From: a bacterium
GTDB lineage: Bacteria > Margulisbacteria > Marinamargulisbacteria > JABIPA01
DNA length: 64,000 nt
Assembly: GCA_018698675.1 (NCBI GenBank)
Contig: JABIPA010000023.1
Location: 37,409 to 101,408, forward strand
Direction of reading: 5' to 3'
The notes beneath the pieces are model-generated. The model was given only the letters and a program-made list of their open reading frames with translations, ran no database searches and was not told the origin of the DNA. A program made the translations under genes and the position numbers. Each line of letters begins with the position of its first letter. Positions within the stretch are counted from its first letter, which is position 1. Shown in pieces: positions 9,790 to 20,031 of the stretch.

Positions 9790-10824
9790 TTAAAAGGGAA
9801 GTAAACTAACGCCCTCTGGAATACAACCCGTTTCCTCAATAGTTTTTTTAACTTCAAGAAATACGTGACTAGCCGATTCAAGATCCTGAACAGCTAATCC
9901 TGTGGAATCAAAAATAGTAATTTCAGAAGAATTTATCCGTCCTTGTTGATTATTGGTCAAAATTTCGCCAAGTGTTCCTCGGATATTCGATTTTGAAATT
10001 ATTTTATTAGATATAGGAACGTTTATTTCCCCAGAATGGGACGCTTGTTCAAAATCATCGACAACGATGATACTAGAGCGTAAGAGTTCAGGATCAAGTT
10101 CCTGTTTACCTTCTGCATCTGCCCCGATAGCATTTATATGTGTACCAGGCATAACCCATTCTTTCTTTATTAATGGGGACCTTGAAGGTGTTGTTGTTAC
10201 GATAATATCAGCAGATTCAACAGAGTGTTGAATGGATGTTTCTATAGTCACTTTTCCTGAAAATAAGAATTTAAGTTTTTCTTTTAAAGACGTTGCTACA
10301 TTGACGTCTAAATCAAAAATTGAAATATGTGTTAAATTTGAAGCACAAATGATAGCTTTTGCCTGGAAAAAGGCCTGGTTACCGGCACCAATTAAACTTA
10401 AACGAGAGGCGCCTGGTTTAGACAGATAGGCTGCTGCAAGACCACCCGATGCTCCCGTTCTTATATTCGTAAGTGATGAAGCTTCTATAATAGCAAGGGG
10501 TTGTCCCGTTTTTGGATCATTAAGTAAAAATAAGGCCATAACAGATGGAAGTGCTGATCTCGAATTGTTGTGGGAATTTACCCATTTCATGCCTGCATAT
10601 CCATTTTCTATGTATGCTGGCATAGCTCTAAAATCTCCATTGAATTGAGGAAGATCTAAATACATTTTAGGAGGCATATGCGATTGACCAATTGCGTAGT
10701 CACAAAATGCCTTTTTAACGATATCTATAGAAGTGGGAGTATCAAGAAATTTATGAACAACGGAAGAAGGAATATAGAAAAGAGAAGGTAGTTTATCCAA
10801 TCCCAATTTATCTTTTTCCGACAT
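9790..10824 (-). CDS. Ornithine cyclodeaminase / mu-crystallin family protein
   Basis: 344 aa with an NAD Rossmann motif (LIGAGNQA) and the OCD/mu-crystallin length and layout. It is 3 bp downstream of purF on the same strand. Confidence 0.75.
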   Translation of the reverse strand: MSEKDKLGLDKLPSLFYIPSSVVHKFLDTPTSIDIVKKAFCDYAIGQSHMPPKMYLDLPQFNGDFRAMPAYIENGYAGMKWVNSHNNSRSALPSVMALFLLNDPKTGQPLAIIEASSLTNIRTGASGGLAAAYLSKPGASRLSLIGAGNQAFFQAKAIICASNLTHISIFDLDVNVATSLKEKLKFLFSGKVTIETSIQHSVESADIIVTTTPSRSPLIKKEWVMPGTHINAIGADAEGKQELDPELLRSSIIVVDDFEQASHSGEINVPISNKIISKSNIRGTLGEILTNNQQGRINSSEITIFDSTGLAVQDLESASHVFLEVKKTIEETGCIPEGVSLLPF

Positions 10825-10827
10825 TAA

Positions 10828-12249
10828 TTACCTTTTTTCTGCGTATAAGTTTATTTTTCCGTGTTCGTTAGCAAATTTCCCTTTATTTTTAATATCCAAT
10901 GGATATTTACCAGAGAAACATGCTGAACAATAATGAGATTTATTATGCGCGGTAGTTGATCGTTTCATTCCATCAACGCTTAAGAATCCAAGACTGTCAG
11001 CCCCAACAAATTTCATGATTTCAGCAGTCGTCTTATTGGCTGCAATTAATTGCTCTCTATCAGGGGTATCGATTCCCATATGACATGGAAATTGAATTGG
11101 AGGTGATGATATTCTTAAATGAACTTCTTTCGCTCCAGCTTCCAATATGGCAGATACCCGTCTTTTGGCGGTGGTTCCTCTTACTAAAGAATCGTCTACA
11201 ACAACAACTCGTTTTCCTTTAAGAACCGCTTTAATTGGGTTGAGTTTAACTTTGACGCTGAAGTCTCGAATCGATTGTTCCGGTTGAATAAATGTTCGTC
11301 CAACGTAATGGTTTCTTGTCATTCCGATTTCGAAAGGGATACCACTTTGTTCAGCAAACCCCAATGCGGCACTGTTTCCTGAATCAGGAATAGACATAAC
11401 AAGATCCGCTTCAGCAGGATGTTCAATCGATAATTGTCGGCCCATTTCTTTTCTTACGAGATGAACAGAGTCTCCAAAAACTCGACTGTCGGGACGTGAA
11501 AAATAGACATGCTCAAAAATGCATTGAGCCGGTTGAATTACCGATTCGGAAGGTATTCTTGAACTTACAATTCCTTTTTTTGAAATAATTACTATTTCTC
11601 CAGGTTCAATTTCCCTAAGATAGGTTGCCCCAATCAAGTCGAGAGCACATGTTTCAGAGCTCACGAAATAAGAATCTCCCTTTTGCCCAAGAACGAGAGG
11701 ACGAAATCCGTGCCTGTCCCTGGCGGCTACTAAAAAGTCTTCGCCTAGCATTACTAAAGAGAATGCCCCTTCAATTTTTCCAAGAGTTTCACCTAATGCA
11801 TCTGAAAACTTGCTTTTTGAAGATCGTGATAATAAATGTAGGATAACTTCTGAATCAATACTTGTTTGAAATAATGCTCCAATTTTTTCTAGTTCTTCAA
11901 TTAAACCAAATGCGTTTGTAAGGTTGCCATTATGAGCAATTGAGATTCTGCCTTTAGATGTTTGAGAATAGAGAGGTTGGATGTTGTTGATATTTGAAGC
12001 ACCGGTCGTAGAGTATCTAACGTGACCTATAGCACTTTCACCTTTTAAATAATCAGTTTTTTCACCGTCAAATACTTTTGATACCAGTCCCATTTCTTTG
12101 ACTGCATAAAAATCAGTACCATCAAAAGAAACAATTCCAGCACTTTCTTGACCACGATGTTGTAAAGAATATAAACCTAAATAACATAAGTGAGAAGCGT
12201 TTTCATGACCAAAAGCTCCAAATACGCCACATTCATCTTTAAGTCCCAT
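10828..12249 (-). CDS. purF: Amidophosphoribosyltransferase
   Basis: 473 aa with an Ntn glutamine amidotransferase N-terminus (ECGVFGAFGH), a PRTase motif (VVVVDDSLVRGTT) and C-terminal Fe-S cysteines (CSACFSGKYP). Confidence 0.9.
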   Translation of the reverse strand: MGLKDECGVFGAFGHENASHLCYLGLYSLQHRGQESAGIVSFDGTDFYAVKEMGLVSKVFDGEKTDYLKGESAIGHVRYSTTGASNINNIQPLYSQTSKGRISIAHNGNLTNAFGLIEELEKIGALFQTSIDSEVILHLLSRSSKSKFSDALGETLGKIEGAFSLVMLGEDFLVAARDRHGFRPLVLGQKGDSYFVSSETCALDLIGATYLREIEPGEIVIISKKGIVSSRIPSESVIQPAQCIFEHVYFSRPDSRVFGDSVHLVRKEMGRQLSIEHPAEADLVMSIPDSGNSAALGFAEQSGIPFEIGMTRNHYVGRTFIQPEQSIRDFSVKVKLNPIKAVLKGKRVVVVDDSLVRGTTAKRRVSAILEAGAKEVHLRISSPPIQFPCHMGIDTPDREQLIAANKTTAEIMKFVGADSLGFLSVDGMKRSTTAHNKSHYCSACFSGKYPLDIKNKGKFANEHGKINLYAEKR

Positions 12250-13401
12250 TTAATTCACCTTCATCATATTAATAAATTCGTAAAATAGATAATGAGAATC
12301 ATGAGGGCCAGGAGCTGATTCTGGATGGTATTGAATTCCAAGAAGGGGGTATTTTTTATGTCTAATTCCCTCTAAAGAACCGTCGTTTAAATTAATGTGT
12401 GAAAGGTCTATTTCTCTAGGATCGAGACTTGTTTTATCGATGCAAAATCCATGATTTTGAGACGTTATTTCAACTTTACCAGTTTTCATGTCTTTAACTG
12501 GATGGTTAATTCCATGATGACCAAAATCAAGTTTGTAAGATTTTCCTCCAAGTGCAAGGCAAAGTAATTGATGTCCTAAACAAATTCCAAAGATAGGAAG
12601 CTTACCTATGATGTCTTTCAAAACTTGAATTAAATCATGTAGAGGTTCTGGATCTCCAGGACCATTTGAAATAAATACACCGTCGAAGTTTCCTGCCAAC
12701 AACTCTTTTGAAGAAACAGAAAGTGGAAAAACGGTACATTTACAACCTAAATGCTCAAGTTGCCTTAAAATATTCCACTTAATTCCACAGTCAATAACCG
12801 CAATGTTATATGTACCTTTGTCTTCAGAATTGAGATCAATTTTTTTATCTTCTTCATCAAGATATAAAGAGTTTGGAGAATACGTATTTGTTGACCATGT
12901 GTACGTTTTTTCAGTAGTAACTGTTTTTGCAAGGTTTTGACCGAGCATATCTGGGGATAATTTAATTTTTGATAATATTTGGTCTAACGTATCTTCAGAA
13001 GTTGTTAATATTGCTTTTTGAGCGCCTGTTTTACGGACATGTTTTGTAATTGCTCGCGTGTCAAAATCATCTGCGCCAAAAATATTATGTTCGTCTAAAA
13101 AAGTTTTTAAGCTTTTTTCACTTCTCCAATTACTTGGGAAATCACAGTATTCACGGATAATTAGTCCGTTAAGGTGTATTTTATTAGATTCATTGTCTTG
13201 GGAATTGATTCCATAGTTACCAATAAGAGGATATGTCATAAGAACAAGTTGCCCTGAATACGAAGGATCTGTGAGAATTTCTTGATAACCTGACATACCA
13301 GTATTAAAAACAACTTCTCCAAAACAGTCTGCAGACGAAGTCGTGAAAACACGTCCTTCAAAAACTCGACCATCAGCAAATATTAATCTTACTTTTTTCA
13401 T
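12250..13401 (-). CDS. carA: Carbamoyl-phosphate synthase small (glutamine amidotransferase) subunit
   Basis: A CarA N-terminal domain plus a class I GATase domain (GICLGHQLL, HPE). The ORF-track start at 13464 adds 21 atypical residues. The internal ATG at 13401 (MKKVRLIFADG) matches the canonical CarA N-terminus. Confidence 0.85.
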   Translation of the reverse strand: MKKVRLIFADGRVFEGRVFTTSSADCFGEVVFNTGMSGYQEILTDPSYSGQLVLMTYPLIGNYGINSQDNESNKIHLNGLIIREYCDFPSNWRSEKSLKTFLDEHNIFGADDFDTRAITKHVRKTGAQKAILTTSEDTLDQILSKIKLSPDMLGQNLAKTVTTEKTYTWSTNTYSPNSLYLDEEDKKIDLNSEDKGTYNIAVIDCGIKWNILRQLEHLGCKCTVFPLSVSSKELLAGNFDGVFISNGPGDPEPLHDLIQVLKDIIGKLPIFGICLGHQLLCLALGGKSYKLDFGHHGINHPVKDMKTGKVEITSQNHGFCIDKTSLDPREIDLSHINLNDGSLEGIRHKKYPLLGIQYHPESAPGPHDSHYLFYEFINMMKVN

Positions 13402-13635
13402 TATTGTTCCGGTTTCAGATTTTAGCAAAACCAATCCTAATATGAAAGGGGTTTTTACCATCACCTGGGTTCAAATAATTGTTTTCCTCCAAATGTCAGA
13501 AAAATATTGCCCTAGCGATTTTCGGTCATTTTACGAAGATAACTTTTTAGATTGTCTAAAGAATCCTGTAACAAAGGACAAAATATTTTTTTTTAACGTT
13601 TATTTCAATTTCCAAGAGGGAATACTAAATACAAG

Positions 13636-14538
13636 ATGACGGCAAAAAGGGGAAAAAAGAATATTGTGATAAAGTTCGTAATTTTTCTGTTGGCGATGAC
13701 TACGTTAAGCTTGGGGCAGCGGTTTGAAGACTTGGCACTTATAAAAGGCTTTGGACTTGGAAATGCATTAACTGCTGAAAATTCTGTGGATGCTATGTTT
13801 AAAAATCCCTCTGCACCCAACTCCATAAATTCTTCCGTTTTTCAAACCAATTTTTCATCCTATTATGATTCAGATATTCAGATTCTTTCTTTTCTTTATT
13901 CTTCTAAACTTACAGAAAGTCTTGTTCTTTCGGTTGGTGTCCCAATTAAAAAAATTAGTGGTATTAAAGAAACAGTCGAATTAAATGGCAGAGCCCATGA
14001 AATAGGGAGTTTTCAGGATTTTCACATTCTAGGTTTAACTGCTCTAACATATTCGATTGATGCTCTTTCATTCGGGGTTTCAGCTTATATTAATCATCGA
14101 ACTATAGGCGACAATTCGGGAAACTCTTTTGGGTTTGACATTGGATTTCAGGCAGAAGTTAATAACTTGATCCTTGGTGCGTCAATACAAAACATAAATA
14201 AACCAAGCATCGGGTGGTCAACCGGTCTATCAGAAGATGTATCACCTATAGTGAATGGAGGATTCAACCTTACTTTATCTGAAAAAATATCTATTTTATT
14301 TGATGGAGAATGGGAACTTGAGACAATTGAATCTCAAAACTTTAGATTTAATTCATCAGTGTCTTATTTACTCGGCCCTGAAATTGAAGCTACGTTGGGG
14401 ATAAGACATATGTTTTCCAATCGTAATTTACGGTTCGGACTTTCAACCGATTTAGAACCAATAAAACTTTCATATGTATTCTCAAATCACGAATCTCTCG
14501 GGGTTATTCATAAAATAGGAGTTTCAATTGAATATTAA
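13636..14538 (+). CDS. Outer-membrane beta-barrel protein, possibly partnered with the downstream T9SS-CTD subtilase
   Basis: 300 aa with a signal peptide (KKNIVIKFVIFLLAMTTLSLG), an alternating beta-strand pattern and a C-terminal aromatic residue (VSIEY). The TTG start of the subtilase overlaps its stop. Confidence 0.5.
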   Translation: MTAKRGKKNIVIKFVIFLLAMTTLSLGQRFEDLALIKGFGLGNALTAENSVDAMFKNPSAPNSINSSVFQTNFSSYYDSDIQILSFLYSSKLTESLVLSVGVPIKKISGIKETVELNGRAHEIGSFQDFHILGLTALTYSIDALSFGVSAYINHRTIGDNSGNSFGFDIGFQAEVNNLILGASIQNINKPSIGWSTGLSEDVSPIVNGGFNLTLSEKISILFDGEWELETIESQNFRFNSSVSYLLGPEIEATLGIRHMFSNRNLRFGLSTDLEPIKLSYVFSNHESLGVIHKIGVSIEY

Positions 14539-16279
14539 AAAAGTATATGTTGTCATGGTTTTTTTATTTGCTTTTTGTGTATGTTTGAAAGCACAAATTT
14601 TGGAACTAGATAAAAAAGAATCTGTAGTTGTTAAATTCAAAGAAGAAAAAATAGGAAATAAAATTATTTTGGATCACGCATTACAAAGTGTGATGGTCAC
14701 AAAAATCAGGAGTTCAAGAGTTGTCTCATCTAAGGAAGAGTCTTCTGGAGATATTTCTAAAAATGATAAAAATAGCGATTATCATTCAGTAGACTTATTT
14801 AAAAAAGAGTCAGAGATTACTACTCAATCAGGAGGAAATAGGTATTTTCTTATTGAAATCGATTCAGAAAAACTATCGGAAATACTGAATATATTAAATA
14901 AAAATGACTCAGTCGAATATGCAGAACATAACCAAATAATTTCTATTCCTAAAGATATTAAAAATAATGATGTAGATAGAAACTCAATTTTACTTAATAG
15001 TAGTTTCGAAGCGCAATCAAGTGATCCTGGTTTTTCGAATCAATACTATTATACGGGCTTAAACATCCCAGGAGTGATGGAGCATGTTGGAGAAGATGAA
15101 ATATTGATTGCCATCGTTGATTCAGGAATAGATATTTACCATGAAGATTTGCAAGGTAAAATAGCCGTCAATGATAACGAAGTATTAAATGGTATTGATG
15201 ACGATTTTAACGGGGTTGTTGACGATATTTATGGATATAGTTTTCATGGTTTTTTTGAAGGTGGTGGGTCAAATATTATAACGGATGGATTTGGACACGG
15301 GACACATATTTCAGGAATTATTGCTTCAGAGGCTGAAAATGGTCTTGGTATAAAAGGAATAAACCCTAATGTAAAATTACTTGCCGTTCCATTTTTAAAC
15401 GGATTTGGGTTTGGAACTCAAGTCGATGCAGCCCGAGCCATTCAATATTCCGTAGACAGAGGCGCTAAAATCATAAATTGCAGCTGGGGATATACATCTG
15501 ATTCATCCTTAATGAAAGAAGCCTTTGAGTATGCATTTGATAGAGGAGTCATTGTTATTGCAGCGGTAGGGAATGGGTCGAGTACCCGGCAAGAGTATCC
15601 AGCCGCATATGCCGAAACTATTTGTGTTGGATCGATTAATAGTGACGGAGAGAGATCTTCATTTTCAAGTTATGGCGATCATTTAGATTTTTTAACGTAT
15701 GGTGAAAATATATACAGTCTTCTTCCAAACGATAATTATGCTTATAAGTCGGGATCTTCGCAAAGTACGGCCATTGTTACGGGGCTTGTTTCGGGGTTGA
15801 TGTCTAAATATCCAGAATTGTCTCAGGAGGAAGTTGTAGATCTTCTAAAACGGTCCTCTGTTAATCCCGAAGGTTCTATAAAAACGGAAGGTTATGGATA
15901 TGGTGCTTTGAGCCCTAATCTATTGGCTGCTACTTTTAAGTCGTATTCTGCTGACCATCCGCTTTCTTCTGGGGAGGGTGAAGATTCAAATATTCTTAGT
16001 TTGGTAGCAAATTTTCCTAACCCCGTTCGGAATGCGGGAACAAGCTTTGGGTTTCAATCTTCTGAAGATGGAGATGTCGAAATTGTTATCTATGACTTAT
16101 TTGGAAACGAATTAACGTCTTTAGCGTCTAGTGTAATACAGGGGTACAACACAATACCTTGGGAAGGGACAAATTTTTCGGGTCAGTCCCTTCCCAATGG
16201 TACTTATTTTTATGTGGTTAAAGTTTCGTCTTCAATTGGACAAACCGTTGTTAAAGACAAACTTAGTATTATTCGGTGA
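14528..16279 (+). CDS. Subtilisin-like (S8) serine peptidase with a T9SS-type C-terminal sorting domain
   Basis: 583 aa with a signal peptide. The triad is D (AIVDSGID), H (HGTHISG), S (GSSQSTAIVTG). The last ~80 aa match the por-secretion-tail pattern (NFPNPVRN...VEIVIYDLFGNEL...GTYFYVVK). The stop codon is TGA. Confidence 0.85.
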   Translation: MNIKKVYVVMVFLFAFCVCLKAQILELDKKESVVVKFKEEKIGNKIILDHALQSVMVTKIRSSRVVSSKEESSGDISKNDKNSDYHSVDLFKKESEITTQSGGNRYFLIEIDSEKLSEILNILNKNDSVEYAEHNQIISIPKDIKNNDVDRNSILLNSSFEAQSSDPGFSNQYYYTGLNIPGVMEHVGEDEILIAIVDSGIDIYHEDLQGKIAVNDNEVLNGIDDDFNGVVDDIYGYSFHGFFEGGGSNIITDGFGHGTHISGIIASEAENGLGIKGINPNVKLLAVPFLNGFGFGTQVDAARAIQYSVDRGAKIINCSWGYTSDSSLMKEAFEYAFDRGVIVIAAVGNGSSTRQEYPAAYAETICVGSINSDGERSSFSSYGDHLDFLTYGENIYSLLPNDNYAYKSGSSQSTAIVTGLVSGLMSKYPELSQEEVVDLLKRSSVNPEGSIKTEGYGYGALSPNLLAATFKSYSADHPLSSGEGEDSNILSLVANFPNPVRNAGTSFGFQSSEDGDVEIVIYDLFGNELTSLASSVIQGYNTIPWEGTNFSGQSLPNGTYFYVVKVSSSIGQTVVKDKLSIIR

Positions 16280-16283
16280 CCTG

Positions 16284-19277
16284 TTATACGGCATCACCCG
16301 CTTTTACTTCTTTATTATAGTCTTCAATTATTTTATGAAAAGCCACATGATGAGGTACTGCAATGCCGTAGCGTTTAGCAAGGATTAAAGGCTCAATTAA
16401 AATATTTTCAATGGGTTTTAACTCAGAATAATTTTCCAAAGTTGTAGACACGTGATCTGTTTGAATATATGTTCTTACAGAACGTTTGATTTCCTCCAAA
16501 TCAGGAAGATTGTCGGCGCGATCTCCAAGGTGACTAACCGCGATTGCATAGGATTCTTCGGTAAGAAGGTCTGTTACATTGAGAGCATCCTTATCTTCTA
16601 AAACGTCTCCGTACGTTACTTTTTTGTCTACAATGCTTTCTCTTAGAGCAATAGAGAGTGACCCAATATTACCCATGTTTTTAAAATATTTTATCCATTG
16701 CTTTATCTCGATATTGTCGACAACTTCACACCCTTTAAACCCTGCACTTTCGTTAAGGAAGCTAGAAAGGTAAGTTAAATATGTTTTTAATGTTCCCGAA
16801 ACACTTTCTTTACCTTCTTGGACTACGCCAAATTCCCAAGATATTTCTTTTGGAATTAAAATCGGTTTGTTTTTAAAATTATGCGTTGACTGACCGAACT
16901 CCTCCTGTTCAATCGATTCTTGAATCGTGACTTCACGTTCTGGTGTTTTTTCTTTTCCATATTTAACTTGAACAGAAATTATGACTCTAGCGATTGGGTT
17001 ATGAGGAAAGGCCTCTCGAATTTTTTCTTCAGGATCAATGCCATTTTGGAATAGGACAATTTTCTTTGTCTTATCTCCTTTAATAGCTGAACGAATATTA
17101 CTAATTGTTCGTTCAAGGTCGTCAACTTGAGTCGATACAAAGATTATGTCAGGGGAGGTAGAAATGGTGTCCAATCCAAAGGAAATCGTTTCTATCGAAG
17201 GAGCAACTAGTGCCTTTTGGCTCTCAAAACTTGAAGCGTGACGCGTAACTAGTGTCGTTCTGTTTTCATTTAACGCACTAGATAGTCTTTCGGTTAAAAG
17301 CTTTCCAATGATTCCTCCGCCAAGAACTAATGTATTTTGATCTTTGATTTTTGGGTAAGCAATTCCGTATCTTATCCAGTTTTGGAATACATTCATTCCT
17401 TCGGATATGGAAGATTTAGAAATTCCTGAAAATGCAAACCTAATAAAACGGTCTTTGTTTCCTGGCTGAGGCACGCCAAAATGGTCTTCTGTAGCAGCTC
17501 CAATACCGACTTCCTCTAAAGCTTCGCTTCTGAATTTTTCGACAGTCTCGTAATCAAGCGCATTTAATAACTGACTAAAATTTGCCCAGACATAAAAACC
17601 AGATTTAGGTTTTACGTGAGTGACTCCTGGAATATCGTTAAGACTGTTGGACAATGTATCCAATCGGTCTAACAAGACTGCAAGGCCTGCTTTAAGGTGT
17701 CCATTTCCTGCTTTAATAGATGATAACCATCCCCATTGACCGGGTTGATTCGCACAACCTTCATGATGAATAATATATTTATCTATTTTTTCGATTAATT
17801 CTTTAGGTCCTGCGACCGAACCGACCCTAACTCCCGTAGCAAACTCTTCTTTACTTGCTGATAGTAATAGAAGCGTTCTTTCCTTCATTCCAGGTTCGCT
17901 TACGATTGAGTACGAAGATTCATCGTCATATCTGATATTGAAATAGACTTCATCTGATAAGGCGATTGCATTGTATTTAACAGATAATTTAGCAAGCGCT
18001 ACAATGTCTTCTTTTGGTAATTGGATACCGGTAGGATTATTATTATCATTTAAATAATAAAGAGGATGTTTTTGAAGTTTAGATAGTTTTTTCTCTACGA
18101 AGAAAAGTTTAAGTTTCGTAGTCTCTAAATCTAGTTTCAAAGTAAGTGTTTCTTTTGCTTTTCGATACTCGTTCGAAGAATCTGAGCCAGAGCTATTTTC
18201 CAAGTCACCTAATTCTCTATTAATAGAATCAATTTCCATAAGATAAGAATAAGAGGGTAGTTGTGGATTTTCTTTTATTTGTTCTATTACTTCCGGAGAT
18301 AAAACGGTTGCATCAAAATGTCTACAATCATCAAAGATTTGGTCAAGAACATATGATTCCCTTTTGATAGACGGAGAACTATCGCTTTCGAGGTCTGCAA
18401 TTTCTGATTCTCGTTGACTAATAGTTGCTTGTAAAGAGCCTATCTCTCTCAATAGGGTAGGCGATTTTAATTTATAATTATCGTCTATTTTTTTAAATTC
18501 GTTCTCAAATTGTTCCAGATTAAGTCTATAGTTTCCATCGATGAGGTCATATCCATAATAAATGGGTATGCCTTCGTTGGATTGAACGGCACAGTTATAG
18601 ATAGGGTATCCTGGGTTGGGAAGCATCATCCTGTATCCAGGGTTACATAAAATTGCGGCAAAATAGTCTAGAGCGGGTTTTCCTCCACCAATAATTGATA
18701 TTTCTGAAGGTAAGTATTCGACATTTCTTTCATATTTAATTTTTTCGGCAAGTGCTTCTCTAAGTTCAAGAACACCTTTTACATTAGGGTATGTTGTAGA
18801 ACCAATAGTCAGTGGTTTTTCCATTCCATTCGTAAATGGTCGGTAACTATTCCCTTTTACTTTTACGGTAATATCATGAATTAAGTGCTCCATAGTAGGG
18901 TTTTCTTTGCTTAGGTCTTTTAGCAACTGAATTTCTTTTAAGATGGCATCAGTGTCAGGATATTCATTTTGTCCATTGTTTGCAGCATTTGTTATTCCCT
19001 CTGCAAAAGCCGGTGATAGTGTAAGTTCTTTATCGACGTCGCCGACATGAAAAGGAAATATTTTGTAAATAAATTTAAATGGGCCAACTGTTTTTTCGAT
19101 GGATGCGCCTTTAATTTCTGATGCAATTTCTTTGCACCGAGTAGCGATGCCAAATGCTTGCTCTCCTTTTCCTTTTCGTTTAGACCTTTCTGAAAGAGTA
19201 ATAGGAGACGATATTTGATCGATTGGCACCTGGTCTATTGATGTTGAGAGAATTTTTTTTAGGGTGGATAATTTCAT
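16284..19277 (-). CDS. Large fusion protein: class I/II aminotransferase domain (with a coiled-coil insert) plus a C-terminal ketopantoate reductase (ApbA/PanE)-like domain
   Basis: 997 aa with NNPTG and the SASK...GVRVG PLP-lysine motif in the middle. The C-terminal third has an ApbA-type Rossmann motif (VLGGGIIGKLL) and an ApbA_C-like tail. Confidence 0.65.
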   Translation of the reverse strand: MKLSTLKKILSTSIDQVPIDQISSPITLSERSKRKGKGEQAFGIATRCKEIASEIKGASIEKTVGPFKFIYKIFPFHVGDVDKELTLSPAFAEGITNAANNGQNEYPDTDAILKEIQLLKDLSKENPTMEHLIHDITVKVKGNSYRPFTNGMEKPLTIGSTTYPNVKGVLELREALAEKIKYERNVEYLPSEISIIGGGKPALDYFAAILCNPGYRMMLPNPGYPIYNCAVQSNEGIPIYYGYDLIDGNYRLNLEQFENEFKKIDDNYKLKSPTLLREIGSLQATISQRESEIADLESDSSPSIKRESYVLDQIFDDCRHFDATVLSPEVIEQIKENPQLPSYSYLMEIDSINRELGDLENSSGSDSSNEYRKAKETLTLKLDLETTKLKLFFVEKKLSKLQKHPLYYLNDNNNPTGIQLPKEDIVALAKLSVKYNAIALSDEVYFNIRYDDESSYSIVSEPGMKERTLLLLSASKEEFATGVRVGSVAGPKELIEKIDKYIIHHEGCANQPGQWGWLSSIKAGNGHLKAGLAVLLDRLDTLSNSLNDIPGVTHVKPKSGFYVWANFSQLLNALDYETVEKFRSEALEEVGIGAATEDHFGVPQPGNKDRFIRFAFSGISKSSISEGMNVFQNWIRYGIAYPKIKDQNTLVLGGGIIGKLLTERLSSALNENRTTLVTRHASSFESQKALVAPSIETISFGLDTISTSPDIIFVSTQVDDLERTISNIRSAIKGDKTKKIVLFQNGIDPEEKIREAFPHNPIARVIISVQVKYGKEKTPEREVTIQESIEQEEFGQSTHNFKNKPILIPKEISWEFGVVQEGKESVSGTLKTYLTYLSSFLNESAGFKGCEVVDNIEIKQWIKYFKNMGNIGSLSIALRESIVDKKVTYGDVLEDKDALNVTDLLTEESYAIAVSHLGDRADNLPDLEEIKRSVRTYIQTDHVSTTLENYSELKPIENILIEPLILAKRYGIAVPHHVAFHKIIEDYNKEVKAGDAV

Positions 19278-19428
19278 GATAAAACTCCTAGTTTTTTTAG
19301 GGTCTTTAAGATATTAAAAATTTTATAGAAGAACCAATAAATGAAGCATTCGTATAAAACATTAAATAAAAACTATTTTTTCGATTTTTCTTAAGGGCCT
19401 GTTTATACAAATAGTAAATTAAATATAT

Positions 19429-19998
19429 TTAATCAAGTGGAATTGTTGCGGAAAAATTTGTGGCAGCTTCTAACTTATTCATTTCTAAAGTTATTGAAGT
19501 TGTTATACCGTTGAGAATATCAAATTCATCGCTTTCACCATCCCATGTCATGACTCCGTCCGAATCATATATAAAAACATATGCGACCCAAGTTCCAACT
19601 ACCATTTCATCTACTGTTTTTGAAATTTCTGCATTGGTCTCGTTGAGAGTTACATCCATTTCATAGTTTTGATATATGTCTATGTCTCCAATGCGTTGAA
19701 GCAATAAAATAGCAGAATCAACAATTACTGTTTCTGTTGAAAAATTGCGCGGAGACTTAAATGAATTTGAAACAACTTTCTTCGATGTATTGTAAGTGAC
19801 GTTAATATCTACATTGCCGTAGGATGCTGTATTCGAAATTATGTCATCTGGTGATATGTATTTTACGATCACTTTTGTGCAGCCAGATAAAAATGCAATG
19901 CCTAAGCAAAGTAGAATATTTATTAACGGAAGATAAATGTTTTTAAAACGACTGTTTAAATGTAAAAATCCTTCGTTTTTCTCTTTTATAGTAGACAT
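19429..19998 (-). CDS. Lipoprotein (paralog 1 of a tandem pair)
   Basis: 189 aa with a hydrophobic segment and lipobox (AFLSGC). It shares RIGD and VGTW...YDSDGV..W.GES blocks with the interrupted ORF immediately upstream. Confidence 0.5.
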   Translation of the reverse strand: MSTIKEKNEGFLHLNSRFKNIYLPLINILLCLGIAFLSGCTKVIVKYISPDDIISNTASYGNVDINVTYNTSKKVVSNSFKSPRNFSTETVIVDSAILLLQRIGDIDIYQNYEMDVTLNETNAEISKTVDEMVVGTWVAYVFIYDSDGVMTWDGESDEFDILNGITTSITLEMNKLEAATNFSATIPLD

Positions 19999-20031
19999 CC
20001 TGTTCTAGTGGTTTAAATTTTTAATAAAAGT

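Noticed and set aside
13343-13826. ORFs 13343..13639 (+) and 13605..13826 (-) in the carA/OMP divergent region
   Set aside because: They overlap the real carA 5' end and the OMP gene start. No motifs are present, and they are likely spurious.
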